From contig JAKSLD010000002.1 of the NCBI GenBank assembly GCA_024401395.1, positions 29,939-93,938 of the forward strand: a stretch of 64,000 bases of DNA. Reading direction: 5' to 3'. A model generated the notes under the pieces. The model was not told the origin of the DNA. It ran no database searches and saw nothing but the letters and a program-made list of their open reading frames with translations. Positions 47,754 to 57,884 of the stretch are shown in pieces (the stretch's first letter is position 1; the number at the start of each line of letters is the position of its first letter). The stretch comes from Bacteroidales bacterium. Lineage in GTDB: Bacteria; Bacteroidota; Bacteroidia; Bacteroidales; Marinilabiliaceae. A program made the position numbers and the translations under genes.

Positions 47754-48722
47754 ATGAAGTACCTATACCTTATACTATTACTCTTCTGCACCGGTGTTTC
47801 AAATGTCTTGACATCGGCTCAGAACGTACGTACCCACGCCGAAATGGATTCTACCATCATATTCATAGGCGGTCAGGTGGGCTTGGATGTAGTAGCAATA
47901 TTTCCTAAGGATGCCGACTTCCACTTTCTCCCTTTAGAGGGCGACTCGCTGTCGAAGGAGGTGGAGATAGTGGAACGTTTCATGCCTGATTCTACTGTCG
48001 AGGCTGATATGTTGTTGATTCATCAGCGCTATATCATACAGTCGTTCGATAGTGGCTTGCACTATATCCCGCTAAAACCATTGGTGAAATTGCCCGACAA
48101 TACTACGGTGGATGTGGAGATCCCTGCTCTCAATGTCCTCAATCCTTTTAATATCGAGATCGACGAGCAGTCGCAGATAGCTAAGATTACCGACATCCGA
48201 AACGCTATGGATGCCCCTTGGACTTTTAACGAGTTGCTGGAGTTGTGGCCTTGGTTCCTCGGTGCATTGGTAATTGTGGCTCTTGCCGTATTGGGTTACT
48301 GGTACTACAAAAAGAATAAACTCAAGGTATCTGGTGTTCCAGAGAAGCCTAAGAAGGTGGAACCTTGTCACGTAACTGCCCTCGACAATCTTGAAGCTCT
48401 CAAGACTAAGGAGCTGTGGCAGCATTCTCACGTGAAGGAGTATTACTCTGAGCTGACTGAGATTCTGCGTATTTATATAAGCGAGAGATATAGCATCAAT
48501 GCTATGGAGAGTACGACTGACGAGATTATGACCGACCTTAAGTCGATTCCTAATATCGATATGTCTGATACTACCCGTATGCAGAATATCCTGGAACTTG
48601 CGGATTTCGCTAAGTTCGCTAAGATGGAGCCTCTGCCTGATGAAAACGACGGCGCTATGAAACAAGCTGTGGAGTTTGTCAATAACACTGCCGAAACAAA
48701 TACGGAGGCTCAAACAAAATAA
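47754..48722 (+). CDS. Bat-operon hypothetical membrane protein (between DUF58 and BatA)
   Basis: Signal peptide plus one internal TM. Occupies the conserved hypothetical slot of the Bacteroides Bat operon. Confidence 0.55.
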   Translation: MKYLYLILLLFCTGVSNVLTSAQNVRTHAEMDSTIIFIGGQVGLDVVAIFPKDADFHFLPLEGDSLSKEVEIVERFMPDSTVEADMLLIHQRYIIQSFDSGLHYIPLKPLVKLPDNTTVDVEIPALNVLNPFNIEIDEQSQIAKITDIRNAMDAPWTFNELLELWPWFLGALVIVALAVLGYWYYKKNKLKVSGVPEKPKKVEPCHVTALDNLEALKTKELWQHSHVKEYYSELTEILRIYISERYSINAMESTTDEIMTDLKSIPNIDMSDTTRMQNILELADFAKFAKMEPLPDENDGAMKQAVEFVNNTAETNTEAQTK

Positions 48723-48743
48723 CACTACAAGGAGATTATCACA

Positions 48744-49727
48744 GTGGAATTCTTACATCCCGAATACTTTTGGTTTCTCTTGGTAATACCGTTCTATATC
48801 GGATGGTATATCTGGAAAAATCGTAAAATAAATACTACCATACAGGTTTCTACCCTTTCGCCTATGAAAGGTGTGGGCAATTCGTGGAAGAGCTATCTTC
48901 GCCACTTGCCTATGGCGCTCAGAATGCTTGCCTTGGCAGCAGCAATATGCGTCATAGCTCGTCCTCAATCTACTTCTAGTCACCGCGACGAGAAGACTGA
49001 GGGTATCGATATCGTTATGGCAATGGATATCTCGGGTTCTATGCGTGCTCAGGATTTCAAACCTAACCGTCTCGAAGCGGCTAAGGACGTAGCCATAAAG
49101 TTTATCAGTGGCCGAGAAAATGATAATATCGGTCTTGTGATATTCGCCGGAGAGAGTTTCACTCAGTGCCCATTGACTACCGACCATATGTCTCTCACTA
49201 ACCTCTTCAATGCTATTCAGACGGGTATGCTAGAGGATGGTACCGCTATCGGTTCTGGTCTGGCTACTGCTGTCAACCGTATCAAGGAGAGCAAGGCTAA
49301 GAGTAAGGTGATAATCCTTCTCACTGATGGTGTAAATAACCGTGGCTCTATCTCCCCAGCTAAGGCTGCTGAAATAGCTAAGACTTTTGACGTGAGAGTC
49401 TATACCATCGGAGTAGGTACTAATGGAACTGCCCCATTCCCTGTTCAGACTGCCTTTGGTATCCAGTATCAGGATATGGAGGTCGAAATTGATGAAGATC
49501 TTCTTACCGAGATTGCTAACGTAACAGGTGGTAAATATTTCCGAGCTACCAATAAGAGTAGTTTGCAGAAGATATATCAGGAGATAGACCAGATGGAAAA
49601 GACTATCATGGATGTCCGTGAATATACCAAGAGAACAGAGGAGTACCTGCCTTTCGCTATAGCTTGTATGTTACTGCTACTCCTGGAAATGCTTCTCAGA
49701 AATACTATCCTCCGTACTTTACCATAG
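48744..49727 (+). CDS. batA: BatA aerotolerance protein (N-terminal TM plus von Willebrand factor A domain)
   Basis: vWA MIDAS motif DISGSM. Two TM helices. C-terminal TM. Confidence 0.8.
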   Translation: MEFLHPEYFWFLLVIPFYIGWYIWKNRKINTTIQVSTLSPMKGVGNSWKSYLRHLPMALRMLALAAAICVIARPQSTSSHRDEKTEGIDIVMAMDISGSMRAQDFKPNRLEAAKDVAIKFISGRENDNIGLVIFAGESFTQCPLTTDHMSLTNLFNAIQTGMLEDGTAIGSGLATAVNRIKESKAKSKVIILLTDGVNNRGSISPAKAAEIAKTFDVRVYTIGVGTNGTAPFPVQTAFGIQYQDMEVEIDEDLLTEIANVTGGKYFRATNKSSLQKIYQEIDQMEKTIMDVREYTKRTEEYLPFAIACMLLLLLEMLLRNTILRTLP

Positions 49728-49740
49728 AAATTAGAACATT

Positions 49741-50793
49741 ATGCGTTTCGCTAATCCATATATGCTTTATCTGTTGCTGTTGGTCCCAATAGCAATAGTG
49801 GTATACTATTATTTGCAGAGTAAACGACGTAAGGCTTTGAATGCCTTCGGCGAGGAGAACCTCATCAAGCATTTGATGCCGCTGTACTCCCCTACCCGTC
49901 AGTCTGTAAAGGCGTGGATTCTCCTCATCGCTTTTGCTTTACAGGTTCTCATTCTGGCTCGCCCTCAATTCGGAACCAAACTTGAGACTACTAAGCGTAG
50001 CGGTATTGAGTTGATGGTCGCTCTCGATGTATCTAATTCCATGAACTCAATGGATGTCTCGCCTTCTCGTCTGGAAATGGCTAAGATGGCTGTTTCTCGA
50101 TTGGTGGACAAACTGTCTGGCGACAGATTGGGTATCGTAGTTTTCGCTGGTCAGGCATACGTTCAGTTGCCTATTACAACTGATTACCCTTCTGCTAAGA
50201 TGTTCCTCAATTCGGTATCTACTGGCATGGTTCCTACCCAGGGTACAGCTATCGGCGCTGCTATCAATATGTGCCGTAACTCTTTTACTACACAAGAGAA
50301 TATCAACAGGGCTATTATAGTAATTACTGATGGTGAAAACCACGAGGATGATGGCGTTGCAGCAGCGAAGCAGGCAGCAGCAGAGGGTATCAGGATTTAC
50401 ACCGTAGGAATGGGTACCCCTAAGGGATCTCCTATACCGACTACTCCTGGAAATACACGCGACTTCATCAAGGATAAGGATGGCAATGTCGTAATTTCTA
50501 AAATAGACGAACAGACTTTGATCAATATCGCTAGTGAGGCAAATGGTGCTTATATCCCTGCTAATAATATACGCAATGGTATCAATGCCTTGATCGAGGA
50601 ACTCGACCATATAGAGAAGAGCGAATTTGAATCTAAGGTGTATGCACAATATAGCGACAAATTCCAGTATCTTGAGGTGGTGGTAATCATTCTCCTCCTT
50701 ATTGATCTCCTGATATTGGGTCGTAAAAATACTCACTTGAGCAAATTCGACCTGTTTACTCGTAAGGAAAACGCTAAAGATTTGTTCAACTAA
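49741..50793 (+). CDS. batB: BatB aerotolerance protein (vWA domain)
   Basis: vWA MIDAS motif DVSNSM. TM helices at both ends. Confidence 0.8.
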   Translation: MRFANPYMLYLLLLVPIAIVVYYYLQSKRRKALNAFGEENLIKHLMPLYSPTRQSVKAWILLIAFALQVLILARPQFGTKLETTKRSGIELMVALDVSNSMNSMDVSPSRLEMAKMAVSRLVDKLSGDRLGIVVFAGQAYVQLPITTDYPSAKMFLNSVSTGMVPTQGTAIGAAINMCRNSFTTQENINRAIIVITDGENHEDDGVAAAKQAAAEGIRIYTVGMGTPKGSPIPTTPGNTRDFIKDKDGNVVISKIDEQTLINIASEANGAYIPANNIRNGINALIEELDHIEKSEFESKVYAQYSDKFQYLEVVVIILLLIDLLILGRKNTHLSKFDLFTRKENAKDLFN

Positions 50794-50807
50794 TCAAACT
50801 CATTGTT

Positions 50808-51515
50808 ATGCGATACATACTTACATTTGTCATAGCACTATTGGTTGCAACATCAGTAGAGGCTCAGAAGGAACGAAAATACATACGCGACAGCTTTAAG
50901 CAATATACCGAAGGTGAATACTCCGAGGCTCAGGAGTCGTCTGTACGAGCTATGGCTGAAGTGCCTGACTCTTACGAGGCTAACTACAACTATGCCTGCT
51001 CTCTGTTCAAGCAGGAGAAGGTTGATGAGGCTTTGGAGAAGTTCAACCAAATGGCTTCTTCTGAAAAGGACAAGGATAAACTGAGCCAGCTATACCATAA
51101 TATCGGCAACTGCCACTACGTGAAGCAGGAGTTCGACAAGAGTATCGATGCTTACAAGAAATCTCTGCGCGCTAATCCAGAGGGTGATGAGGGGTATCGC
51201 ACTCGCTATAACCTCGTAGCTGCTCAGAAAATGTTGCAGAATAATCCTCAACAGGATAACCAGCAGCAACAGCAGCAGGATAAACAGGATCAACAACAGC
51301 AGCAACAGCAGCAACAACAGCAAGAACAACAACAGCAGCAAGATCAGCAACAGCAGGAGAACCAGCAGCAGCAACAACAGCAGCAACAGGAGGAGATGAG
51401 TAAGGAGGATGCTCAGCGACTCCTCGATGCTCTCCAACAGGACGAGAATAAACTCCACGAGGAGAAGGACAAGATTAAAGCCGTAGGTAGCAAGAAGATA
51501 GAGAAAAATTGGTAA
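50808..51515 (+). CDS. batC: BatC-like TPR protein with a long Gln-rich low-complexity tract
   Basis: Signal peptide, TPR repeats, then about 45 residues of Q-rich tract. Confidence 0.7.
   Translation: MRYILTFVIALLVATSVEAQKERKYIRDSFKQYTEGEYSEAQESSVRAMAEVPDSYEANYNYACSLFKQEKVDEALEKFNQMASSEKDKDKLSQLYHNIGNCHYVKQEFDKSIDAYKKSLRANPEGDEGYRTRYNLVAAQKMLQNNPQQDNQQQQQQDKQDQQQQQQQQQQQEQQQQQDQQQQENQQQQQQQQQEEMSKEDAQRLLDALQQDENKLHEEKDKIKAVGSKKIEKNW
51247..51392 (+). repeat. (CAG/CAA)n trinucleotide tract encoding the poly-Gln region of BatC
   Basis: Nearly uninterrupted CAR codons over ~145 bp. The antisense poly-Leu ORF across the same region is a by-product of this tract. Confidence 0.8.
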
Positions 51516-51544
51516 TTTTGTTCCATCCCTATAACGATAGAAAA

Positions 51545-53371
51545 ATGACAACACATAGATATAGTTTTCGTAGCATCGCTCTTTGCCTGTTGATGTCTCT
51601 GATAGCTCTGGGCATCAAGGCACAGACTACTTTCACAGGCCAGGCTCCTCAAACTGTTGGCGTGGGAGAGAACTTCAGAGTAGTGTATAAGGTTAATGCT
51701 AATTCTAATGACATTCGTCTTCCTGAGGTCAGTGGAATTAACATTCTCTATGGCCCTAGCACTCAACGTAGTTCTTCATATAGTGTCGTAAATGGCGTGG
51801 CTACGTCTACTATCGAGAACTCTTTTACGTATGTAATGCGAATCGACAAGGAGGGTTCGTACGAAATAGCTCCTGCAACAATTACTGTTGAGGGTACTCA
51901 ATACAAGAGTAATGCTCTGACTATTAACGCTATCAAGGATGCTACATCTTCTAGCAACGCTCCTCAAAACCAAGTTGGTAGCAATAGCTCTCAGCAAACA
52001 GTCAGCCGTGGCGAGGATATCGTAGTTGTCCAGTCTATCAACAAGAATTCGGTATATGAGGGTGAGGCACTTGTTCTCACTACTACTATATACACTAATG
52101 TCGACCTTCAGGATATATCGGATGTCAAGGCTCCAAAACTCGACAATTTCGTTTCTGAGGATCTTATGGACGACCACCATTTGCAGTTCCAGTTAGGTCA
52201 ACTCAATGGTAAGTCCTACCACATGGCAGTATCTAGCCGTCAGCTCCTTATCCCACAGAAGAGCGGCAAACTTACTATCGACCCTACTGAGTATGAGTTT
52301 GTTGTAAAGAAGCGTGTACGCAATGGCGGTGGCTTCTTTGGAGGGTTCTTTGATGATGTCCAGCTATATCGTCAACGTGTATCTAGCAAACCTCTTACAC
52401 TTAACGTCAAGGCTCTCCCTCAGCCTCGCCCAGCTGGATTCAGTGGCGGTGTGGGTGATTTCAAGCTTAACGTCAGCATTACTCCTGATAATGTTGAGAC
52501 TGATAATAGTGTGCAGGTAAAGGTATCTATCAATGGCGAGGGTAACCTCAAGATCACTACCCTTCCTAAACCTCAGTTCCATCAGGATTTTGATACTTTC
52601 GACCCTAAGGAGTCTAGTAGCTTATCTGCTTTCGTAGGTGGATATAAGGGTAGCCGCACTGCTGAATACCTCATCATCCCTCGTAGAGATGGCGAATTCG
52701 AGATTCCTCAGGTTTCGTTTACTTACTTCAGCCTTGCTCAGGGCAAATACGTGACTTTGACCAAGGGCCCATTCCCTCTTCACGTAGCTAAGGGGGCCAA
52801 CTCGGGCTCTTCTGCTACTACTCAGGTTTTCCAGGGTGGCCAGCGTGAACAGGTTCAGTACGTCGGCAAGGATATCAGATACTTGCATACTTCTGATACC
52901 AACCTCAAGGCAAAGGATGATTTCTTCCTCTTCTCTGGTCCTTTCTGGTGCGTAATCCTCTTCCCTCTTGCTTTGCTCGTAGCGTTCTTCTTTATCTACC
53001 GCAAGAAGATTCAGGATAACGCTAACATGACTGCTGTCAAGAAGCGTAAAGCTAATAAGGTCGCACAAAAACGTCTCAAAAAGGCACAGATCTTTATCAA
53101 GAAGGGGGAACGCGAGAATTTCTTCGACGAGGTAATGCGCGCTATGTGGGGCTACTTGAGCGACAAGCTCTCTATCCCAATGTCTGAATTGACTAAGGAT
53201 AATGCTCGCGAAAAGATGGCTGAACATAATATAGCTGAGGCTGACGCAGAGGAGTTCATCAAGGTTCTCGACTCTTGTGAGTTCGCCCGATATGCTCCTG
53301 CTGAATTGTCCGACTCAATGGATGATATATACAACCGCGCTGCCGACGTCATCGGTCGAATGGAGAAATAA
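51545..53371 (+). CDS. batD: BatD-like oxygen-tolerance protein
   Basis: Signal peptide (MTTHRYSFRSIALCLLMSLIALGIKAQ), large extracytoplasmic domain, single TM (FWCVILFPLALLVAFFFIY) and cytoplasmic tail. BatD position in the operon. Confidence 0.75.
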   Translation: MTTHRYSFRSIALCLLMSLIALGIKAQTTFTGQAPQTVGVGENFRVVYKVNANSNDIRLPEVSGINILYGPSTQRSSSYSVVNGVATSTIENSFTYVMRIDKEGSYEIAPATITVEGTQYKSNALTINAIKDATSSSNAPQNQVGSNSSQQTVSRGEDIVVVQSINKNSVYEGEALVLTTTIYTNVDLQDISDVKAPKLDNFVSEDLMDDHHLQFQLGQLNGKSYHMAVSSRQLLIPQKSGKLTIDPTEYEFVVKKRVRNGGGFFGGFFDDVQLYRQRVSSKPLTLNVKALPQPRPAGFSGGVGDFKLNVSITPDNVETDNSVQVKVSINGEGNLKITTLPKPQFHQDFDTFDPKESSSLSAFVGGYKGSRTAEYLIIPRRDGEFEIPQVSFTYFSLAQGKYVTLTKGPFPLHVAKGANSGSSATTQVFQGGQREQVQYVGKDIRYLHTSDTNLKAKDDFFLFSGPFWCVILFPLALLVAFFFIYRKKIQDNANMTAVKKRKANKVAQKRLKKAQIFIKKGERENFFDEVMRAMWGYLSDKLSIPMSELTKDNAREKMAEHNIAEADAEEFIKVLDSCEFARYAPAELSDSMDDIYNRAADVIGRMEK

Positions 53372-53390
53372 ACCCATAATAAGGCAAGAA

Positions 53391-54170
53391 ATGATACGAC
53401 ATAAAATCAACATATTCTTTACCGTAGTCATAACTATCTTATGTACTACATTCGCTAATGCTCAGGTTTCAGAAAAGGCCTTGCAGGATAGCTTGACTAA
53501 CGCCAATAACTACGCACAGAATGGCCTCAACTCTCAGGCAATAGATACTTACGAGTATATCATTTCCAAAGGATATACTAATGCTTCGGTTTATTACAAC
53601 CTGGGTTATTCATACTACAAGCAGGGTAATCTCGGTCGCGCTATCCTTAATATGGAACGCGCTAAGAAACTTAGCCCTAATGACCCCGATGTATTGTATA
53701 ATCTCGACTTGGCGTATGCTCTGACCGACCAGATGCAGGTCGTAGAGCCTATGTTTCTTGAGGTATGGTGGGACGGCGTAAAGAATATGTTAAGTCCCGA
53801 TGGTTGGGCTTGGGTTCTTGCTGTCTTGTTCATTATCATGCTTGCTGGCATAGCAGCTTTCTTATTCGCAAATAGCATTTCTCTACGTAAAGTGGGCTTC
53901 TTCGGTGCTTTGGTATGCGCTTGCCTATGTGTCGTAGCTTTTAGTATTGCTCTCAATAAGCGCGGTGAAATTGTTGACAGCACAGAGGCTATCATCCTCA
54001 GTTCGTCTGTCACTCTCACTACTTCTCCTGACAAGAATGGCTCAGAGATGGCTGTTCTTCACGAAGGCACTCACATTGAGATTATCTCTATCCTCAATGA
54101 ATGGGCCGAAGTCCGTCTCAAGGACGGAAATGTTGGATGGCTCAAGGTAGCTGACTTTGAAAAGATCTAA
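53391..54170 (+). CDS. batE: BatE-like protein (TPR plus C-terminal SH3-like domain)
   Basis: Signal peptide, TPR repeats and a TM. C-terminal SH3b-like segment (…WAEVRLKDGNVGWLKVADFEKI). Confidence 0.7.
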   Translation: MIRHKINIFFTVVITILCTTFANAQVSEKALQDSLTNANNYAQNGLNSQAIDTYEYIISKGYTNASVYYNLGYSYYKQGNLGRAILNMERAKKLSPNDPDVLYNLDLAYALTDQMQVVEPMFLEVWWDGVKNMLSPDGWAWVLAVLFIIMLAGIAAFLFANSISLRKVGFFGALVCACLCVVAFSIALNKRGEIVDSTEAIILSSSVTLTTSPDKNGSEMAVLHEGTHIEIISILNEWAEVRLKDGNVGWLKVADFEKI

Positions 54171-55539
54171 CATAAACTATGTCAATTACTGCTTGGGAGT
54201 AGTCTTATTACTCCTAAGTAGCATTATTTATGGTTGCGAATCTGAATATTCGACACCATCTAATACTAATGCTCTTGTCTTTTCTACCGACACTCTCTCT
54301 TTCGACACTCTTTTCGTAGGTGACCGTTCAGAAACTTACGCCTTGAAACTTTACAATAAGTCTGATAAGAATGTTCTCATAGACCAAATCCTTCTTGAGG
54401 GTGGAGAGCTTAGTCACTACAACGTAAATATCGATGGCAATAATGTCTCTTCGCTCTCCTCTGTCGAACTGGCAGCTAAGGATAGCCTCTATATCTTCGT
54501 CAATATCTTGTGCCCGGATATTTCTGATGCGTTTTGTTCGATATCTGATAAAATAACGCTTCGTGTCGGAAGCCTTACTAAGAGTTCTGTAATCACTACT
54601 TATATTCAGAATTTCAACTTGCTGGATAATGCGGTAATCAACCATAACACTACTCTCAATTCTACTCTGCCATATCGTGTGGTGGGGGAACTGAAGGTAA
54701 ATGAAGGCACTACTCTAAACATAGCCCCTAATACAAGGCTGTATATGGCTAAGGGCTCCCGCATAGAGGTATTCGGTGCATTGATTGCTCAGGGTGAAAT
54801 CGATAAACACATTGTTATTCACGGTGATCGACTGACTTCTTTTTACGACAGTATCCCTGCTCAATGGGATCATATCTGTATCAATAAGTCTGCTCAGGCT
54901 TATCTCAAGTGCGTGGATATTTCTAATGCAAAATATGCGCTGCAGGTCGATAGCACTGCTACAGTGGAGGTCAATAGCTCTTCTCTTCGCGATGCTTCTA
55001 AAAACCTCATCTATTCTCGTTTCGGAAATATCTCGATTCTTAATAGCCTTTTCTGTAATTGCGGTGCAGCTGTCATAGAGGATCAGGCTAGTAATATCGA
55101 CATTGTCCATTCTACTTTCAGCAACCATTTTACATGGGATTACCGCAAGAAACCGTCTTTGAACTTGTTGCCATACGGAGATAATACCTATGGTGATATA
55201 CTCATCGCTAATAGTGTCATCGAGGGAAATCTCGATGAGGAGCTGGTTTGCGAATCTGAATCTATGGTGGTCGACCATTCGGCTATCTCAATAAAAAATG
55301 AATCTAAACTCGACAAAGACTCTCGATTTACGAACGTTATTTCAATGCGAAAGATTAACTTTGTAAATAGAAAGGGACACGACTACCATATTAAACCTAC
55401 ATCGGAGGGAATAGAGAAGGGCAACAGTAAATATGTCTCTTTGTGCCCGATTGATTTCGAAGGTAATGAACGCGACACCTCAACTCCGACTATAGGCGCA
55501 TACGAATGTCCTCAGCAAGATAATAACGATGAAAAATAG
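54157..55539 (+). CDS. Hypothetical lipoprotein, probably a right-handed beta-helix (pectin-lyase-fold-like)
   Basis: Lipoprotein signal (…SSIIYGC). Repetitive N/S/T-rich beta-strand periodicity. No confident family assignment. Confidence 0.4.
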   Translation: MKRSNINYVNYCLGVVLLLLSSIIYGCESEYSTPSNTNALVFSTDTLSFDTLFVGDRSETYALKLYNKSDKNVLIDQILLEGGELSHYNVNIDGNNVSSLSSVELAAKDSLYIFVNILCPDISDAFCSISDKITLRVGSLTKSSVITTYIQNFNLLDNAVINHNTTLNSTLPYRVVGELKVNEGTTLNIAPNTRLYMAKGSRIEVFGALIAQGEIDKHIVIHGDRLTSFYDSIPAQWDHICINKSAQAYLKCVDISNAKYALQVDSTATVEVNSSSLRDASKNLIYSRFGNISILNSLFCNCGAAVIEDQASNIDIVHSTFSNHFTWDYRKKPSLNLLPYGDNTYGDILIANSVIEGNLDEELVCESESMVVDHSAISIKNESKLDKDSRFTNVISMRKINFVNRKGHDYHIKPTSEGIEKGNSKYVSLCPIDFEGNERDTSTPTIGAYECPQQDNNDEK

Positions 55540-56518
55540 TATTTACCTCCTATTCGCATTGACACTGATTCTATGCCTTGATGTCAATGCCCAATCGCAC
55601 AAAGACACTTTGCTCTTTGTTTCATACAATGTTGAGAATTTCTTCCACCCTTCAGATGACCCTGAAAGGAACGATGACGATTTTACTGACAAAGGCGAAT
55701 ATATGTGGACAATGGACCGCGCTATCCGTAAGGCAGAGAAAATCGCTCGCGTAATCAATCATATCTCTTCTACTAGTAAGGCTCCGGCAGTTGTCGGCTT
55801 CTGCGAAATCGAGGGTTTGGATGCTCTCAATCTATTGATGGATTATGGCCGTATGTCTCAACGTGGCTACCGCGCAGTTAACCTTGAATATGAGGATGGA
55901 CGCGGTATCGCAACTATGATGATCTACCGCCCAGACCAGCTGACTTTGATTGATAGTGCCTTGGTCAACTGCAGTATTCCTGAAAAGGATTTTAACACTC
56001 GTACTATCTTGCATTGCACTTTTACCCACGGCAATGATACTATCCACGTAATGGAGAATCACTGGCCTTCTAAATATGGTGGCGCAACCGAAAGTATCTG
56101 GCGACGTGTCCACGTGGCTAATGTCCTGAAATCTTATTGCGACTCTATCCTATCGGTTTCTCCTAATGCCAATATCGTCCTTATGGGTGATTTTAATGAG
56201 AATGCCAAGAGTGAGGAGATTCACGATGTGCTGGGCGCTACTGCCCATGGCCCTGTACTCTACAACTTGTCAGGTAATGACCCTAACCGTAATAGTTCCT
56301 ATAAGTATCGCGAACGTTGGAATACTATAGACCACATAATCGTAACTAAGAATCTTTTCAATAAGGCTGATCCTAAATTTGAGGTCATCGCTCCTAATTT
56401 CCTCTTGGAACAGGATTTCTACAATAATTCATATAAGCCTTATCGAACCTATGTGGGTCGTAAGTATAATGATGGTTATTCTGACCACCTCCCTGTCAAA
56501 CTGACTATTACTTTGTAA
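55529..56518 (+). CDS. Endonuclease/exonuclease/phosphatase (EEP) family protein
   Basis: Signal peptide. EEP catalytic motifs (LLFVSYNVENF; …LMGDFNE; …SDHLPV). Confidence 0.75.
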   Translation: MKNSIYLLFALTLILCLDVNAQSHKDTLLFVSYNVENFFHPSDDPERNDDDFTDKGEYMWTMDRAIRKAEKIARVINHISSTSKAPAVVGFCEIEGLDALNLLMDYGRMSQRGYRAVNLEYEDGRGIATMMIYRPDQLTLIDSALVNCSIPEKDFNTRTILHCTFTHGNDTIHVMENHWPSKYGGATESIWRRVHVANVLKSYCDSILSVSPNANIVLMGDFNENAKSEEIHDVLGATAHGPVLYNLSGNDPNRNSSYKYRERWNTIDHIIVTKNLFNKADPKFEVIAPNFLLEQDFYNNSYKPYRTYVGRKYNDGYSDHLPVKLTITL

Positions 56519-56519
56519 T

Positions 56520-57212
56520 ATGGATATCCTTAATTCTATCAATATAGAGAGCCATTTCTTCCAGAAGGTCGCTATCATTGTCTATAACGGACAAATATCT
56601 ATCAATGGCATCATGCATATATGCGCCACCAATGAGACTTTGCATGAGACTATGGGCAATCTGTGTCTGACTCCCCTAAATTACGTAGCGGACTATCTTG
56701 GTCGCGCTGTATACTTTGCCAATAATAACGAGGCTGTAGAAAAAATCATCATCCACGGAGATAAACAGACGGATATAGTTCTTGATGGTGCTCAACTGTC
56801 TACTCTTTCTCCTCTCGCTTCTGCTTTCCGCGCTATACTGGCGGTTGGCGAGGGTCGTATATCTATGCTGGATGCCGTAGCTGATATGCGCGAGGCTAAA
56901 TACTATTTCGTAGGTGTGAAACCTTCTGAGGGCTCTTCTATCCGCCCGCAGGATACTGTCCATAAGCTCACAACGGTCGAAATTGAACGTGGCGATAAGA
57001 AGATAGAGGCTGTAGCTCTCTTCTTCTCTCGTGAGTCGGCTCTCAAACACGCTAACAATGGCAAGGTGCCTGTGTCTGAGATCTCGCTCGCAGAGGCGGC
57101 TAAGTTGTGGAACTATCAGACTCCTATTTCTATAGAGCCTCACGAGGATTTTTCTATCGCCATCGCCCCTGATACTATCCTTCAGGTTGAAATATCAAAT
57201 AATAGCAATTAA
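56520..57212 (+). CDS. Hypothetical protein (possibly SseB-like)
   Basis: No signal peptide and no strong motif. The SseB-like call is tentative. Confidence 0.35.
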   Translation: MDILNSINIESHFFQKVAIIVYNGQISINGIMHICATNETLHETMGNLCLTPLNYVADYLGRAVYFANNNEAVEKIIIHGDKQTDIVLDGAQLSTLSPLASAFRAILAVGEGRISMLDAVADMREAKYYFVGVKPSEGSSIRPQDTVHKLTTVEIERGDKKIEAVALFFSRESALKHANNGKVPVSEISLAEAAKLWNYQTPISIEPHEDFSIAIAPDTILQVEISNNSN

Positions 57213-57227
57213 ATCTTTTTCTATACA

Positions 57228-57884
57228 GTGTTCAAGGCTTTCTTCTTCGATATGGATGGCGTACTCTATGATAGTATGCCTAATCATGAGTACACATGGA
57301 CTCACTCTTTTGCTGCTTATGGAATAACATTCCCAGCTGAATTGGCTTATATCAATGAAGGACGCACTGGTCGTGGCACTATCAACCTTGTTATGAATAA
57401 GGAGTATAACCGCGATGCCACAGAGGAGGAGATAGAGTCTATTTATGGCCTCAAGACTGAACTCATGAGGAAGTGCCCTAAGGCTCCTGTTATGCCTGGA
57501 ATGCAGGAGCTGATCAAGTCTCTTCGCTCTCAGGGTATTCTGACTTTTGTCGTCACTGGAAGCAAACAGCCTTCTCTCATAGATAAATTGTCTGCTGATT
57601 TCGGTTTTACCAAGGAGTATGTTGTCTCTGGCGCTGATGTAAAAAAGGGGAAACCCGACCCAGAGCCTTATCTCATCGCTCTCCAGCGTTCGGGTCTTAT
57701 GGCTGAGGAGTGCGCAGTAGTGGAGAATGCTCCTCTTGGTGTACGGGCAGCTAAGGGCGCAGGCCTCTTCTGCTATGGCGTAAATACAGGAAAATTGGCC
57801 GACCACTACCTCACTGATGAGGGGGTCGACCAATTATATCATTCTACTGCCGAACTTTCTTCTAGCCTTTTATCCTGTCGCTAG
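57228..57884 (+). CDS. HAD-superfamily hydrolase (beta-phosphoglucomutase-like, subfamily IA)
   Basis: Motif I FFDMDGVLYDS, motif II VVTGS, and a motif III/IV region (K…ENAPLGVRAAKGAG). Confidence 0.8.
   Translation: MFKAFFFDMDGVLYDSMPNHEYTWTHSFAAYGITFPAELAYINEGRTGRGTINLVMNKEYNRDATEEEIESIYGLKTELMRKCPKAPVMPGMQELIKSLRSQGILTFVVTGSKQPSLIDKLSADFGFTKEYVVSGADVKKGKPDPEPYLIALQRSGLMAEECAVVENAPLGVRAAKGAGLFCYGVNTGKLADHYLTDEGVDQLYHSTAELSSSLLSCR

Noticed and set aside
51090-51554. 154-aa minus-strand ORF made almost entirely of Leu
   Set aside because: This is the antisense reading of the CAG/CAA repeat in batC (CTG on the opposite strand). It is not a gene.
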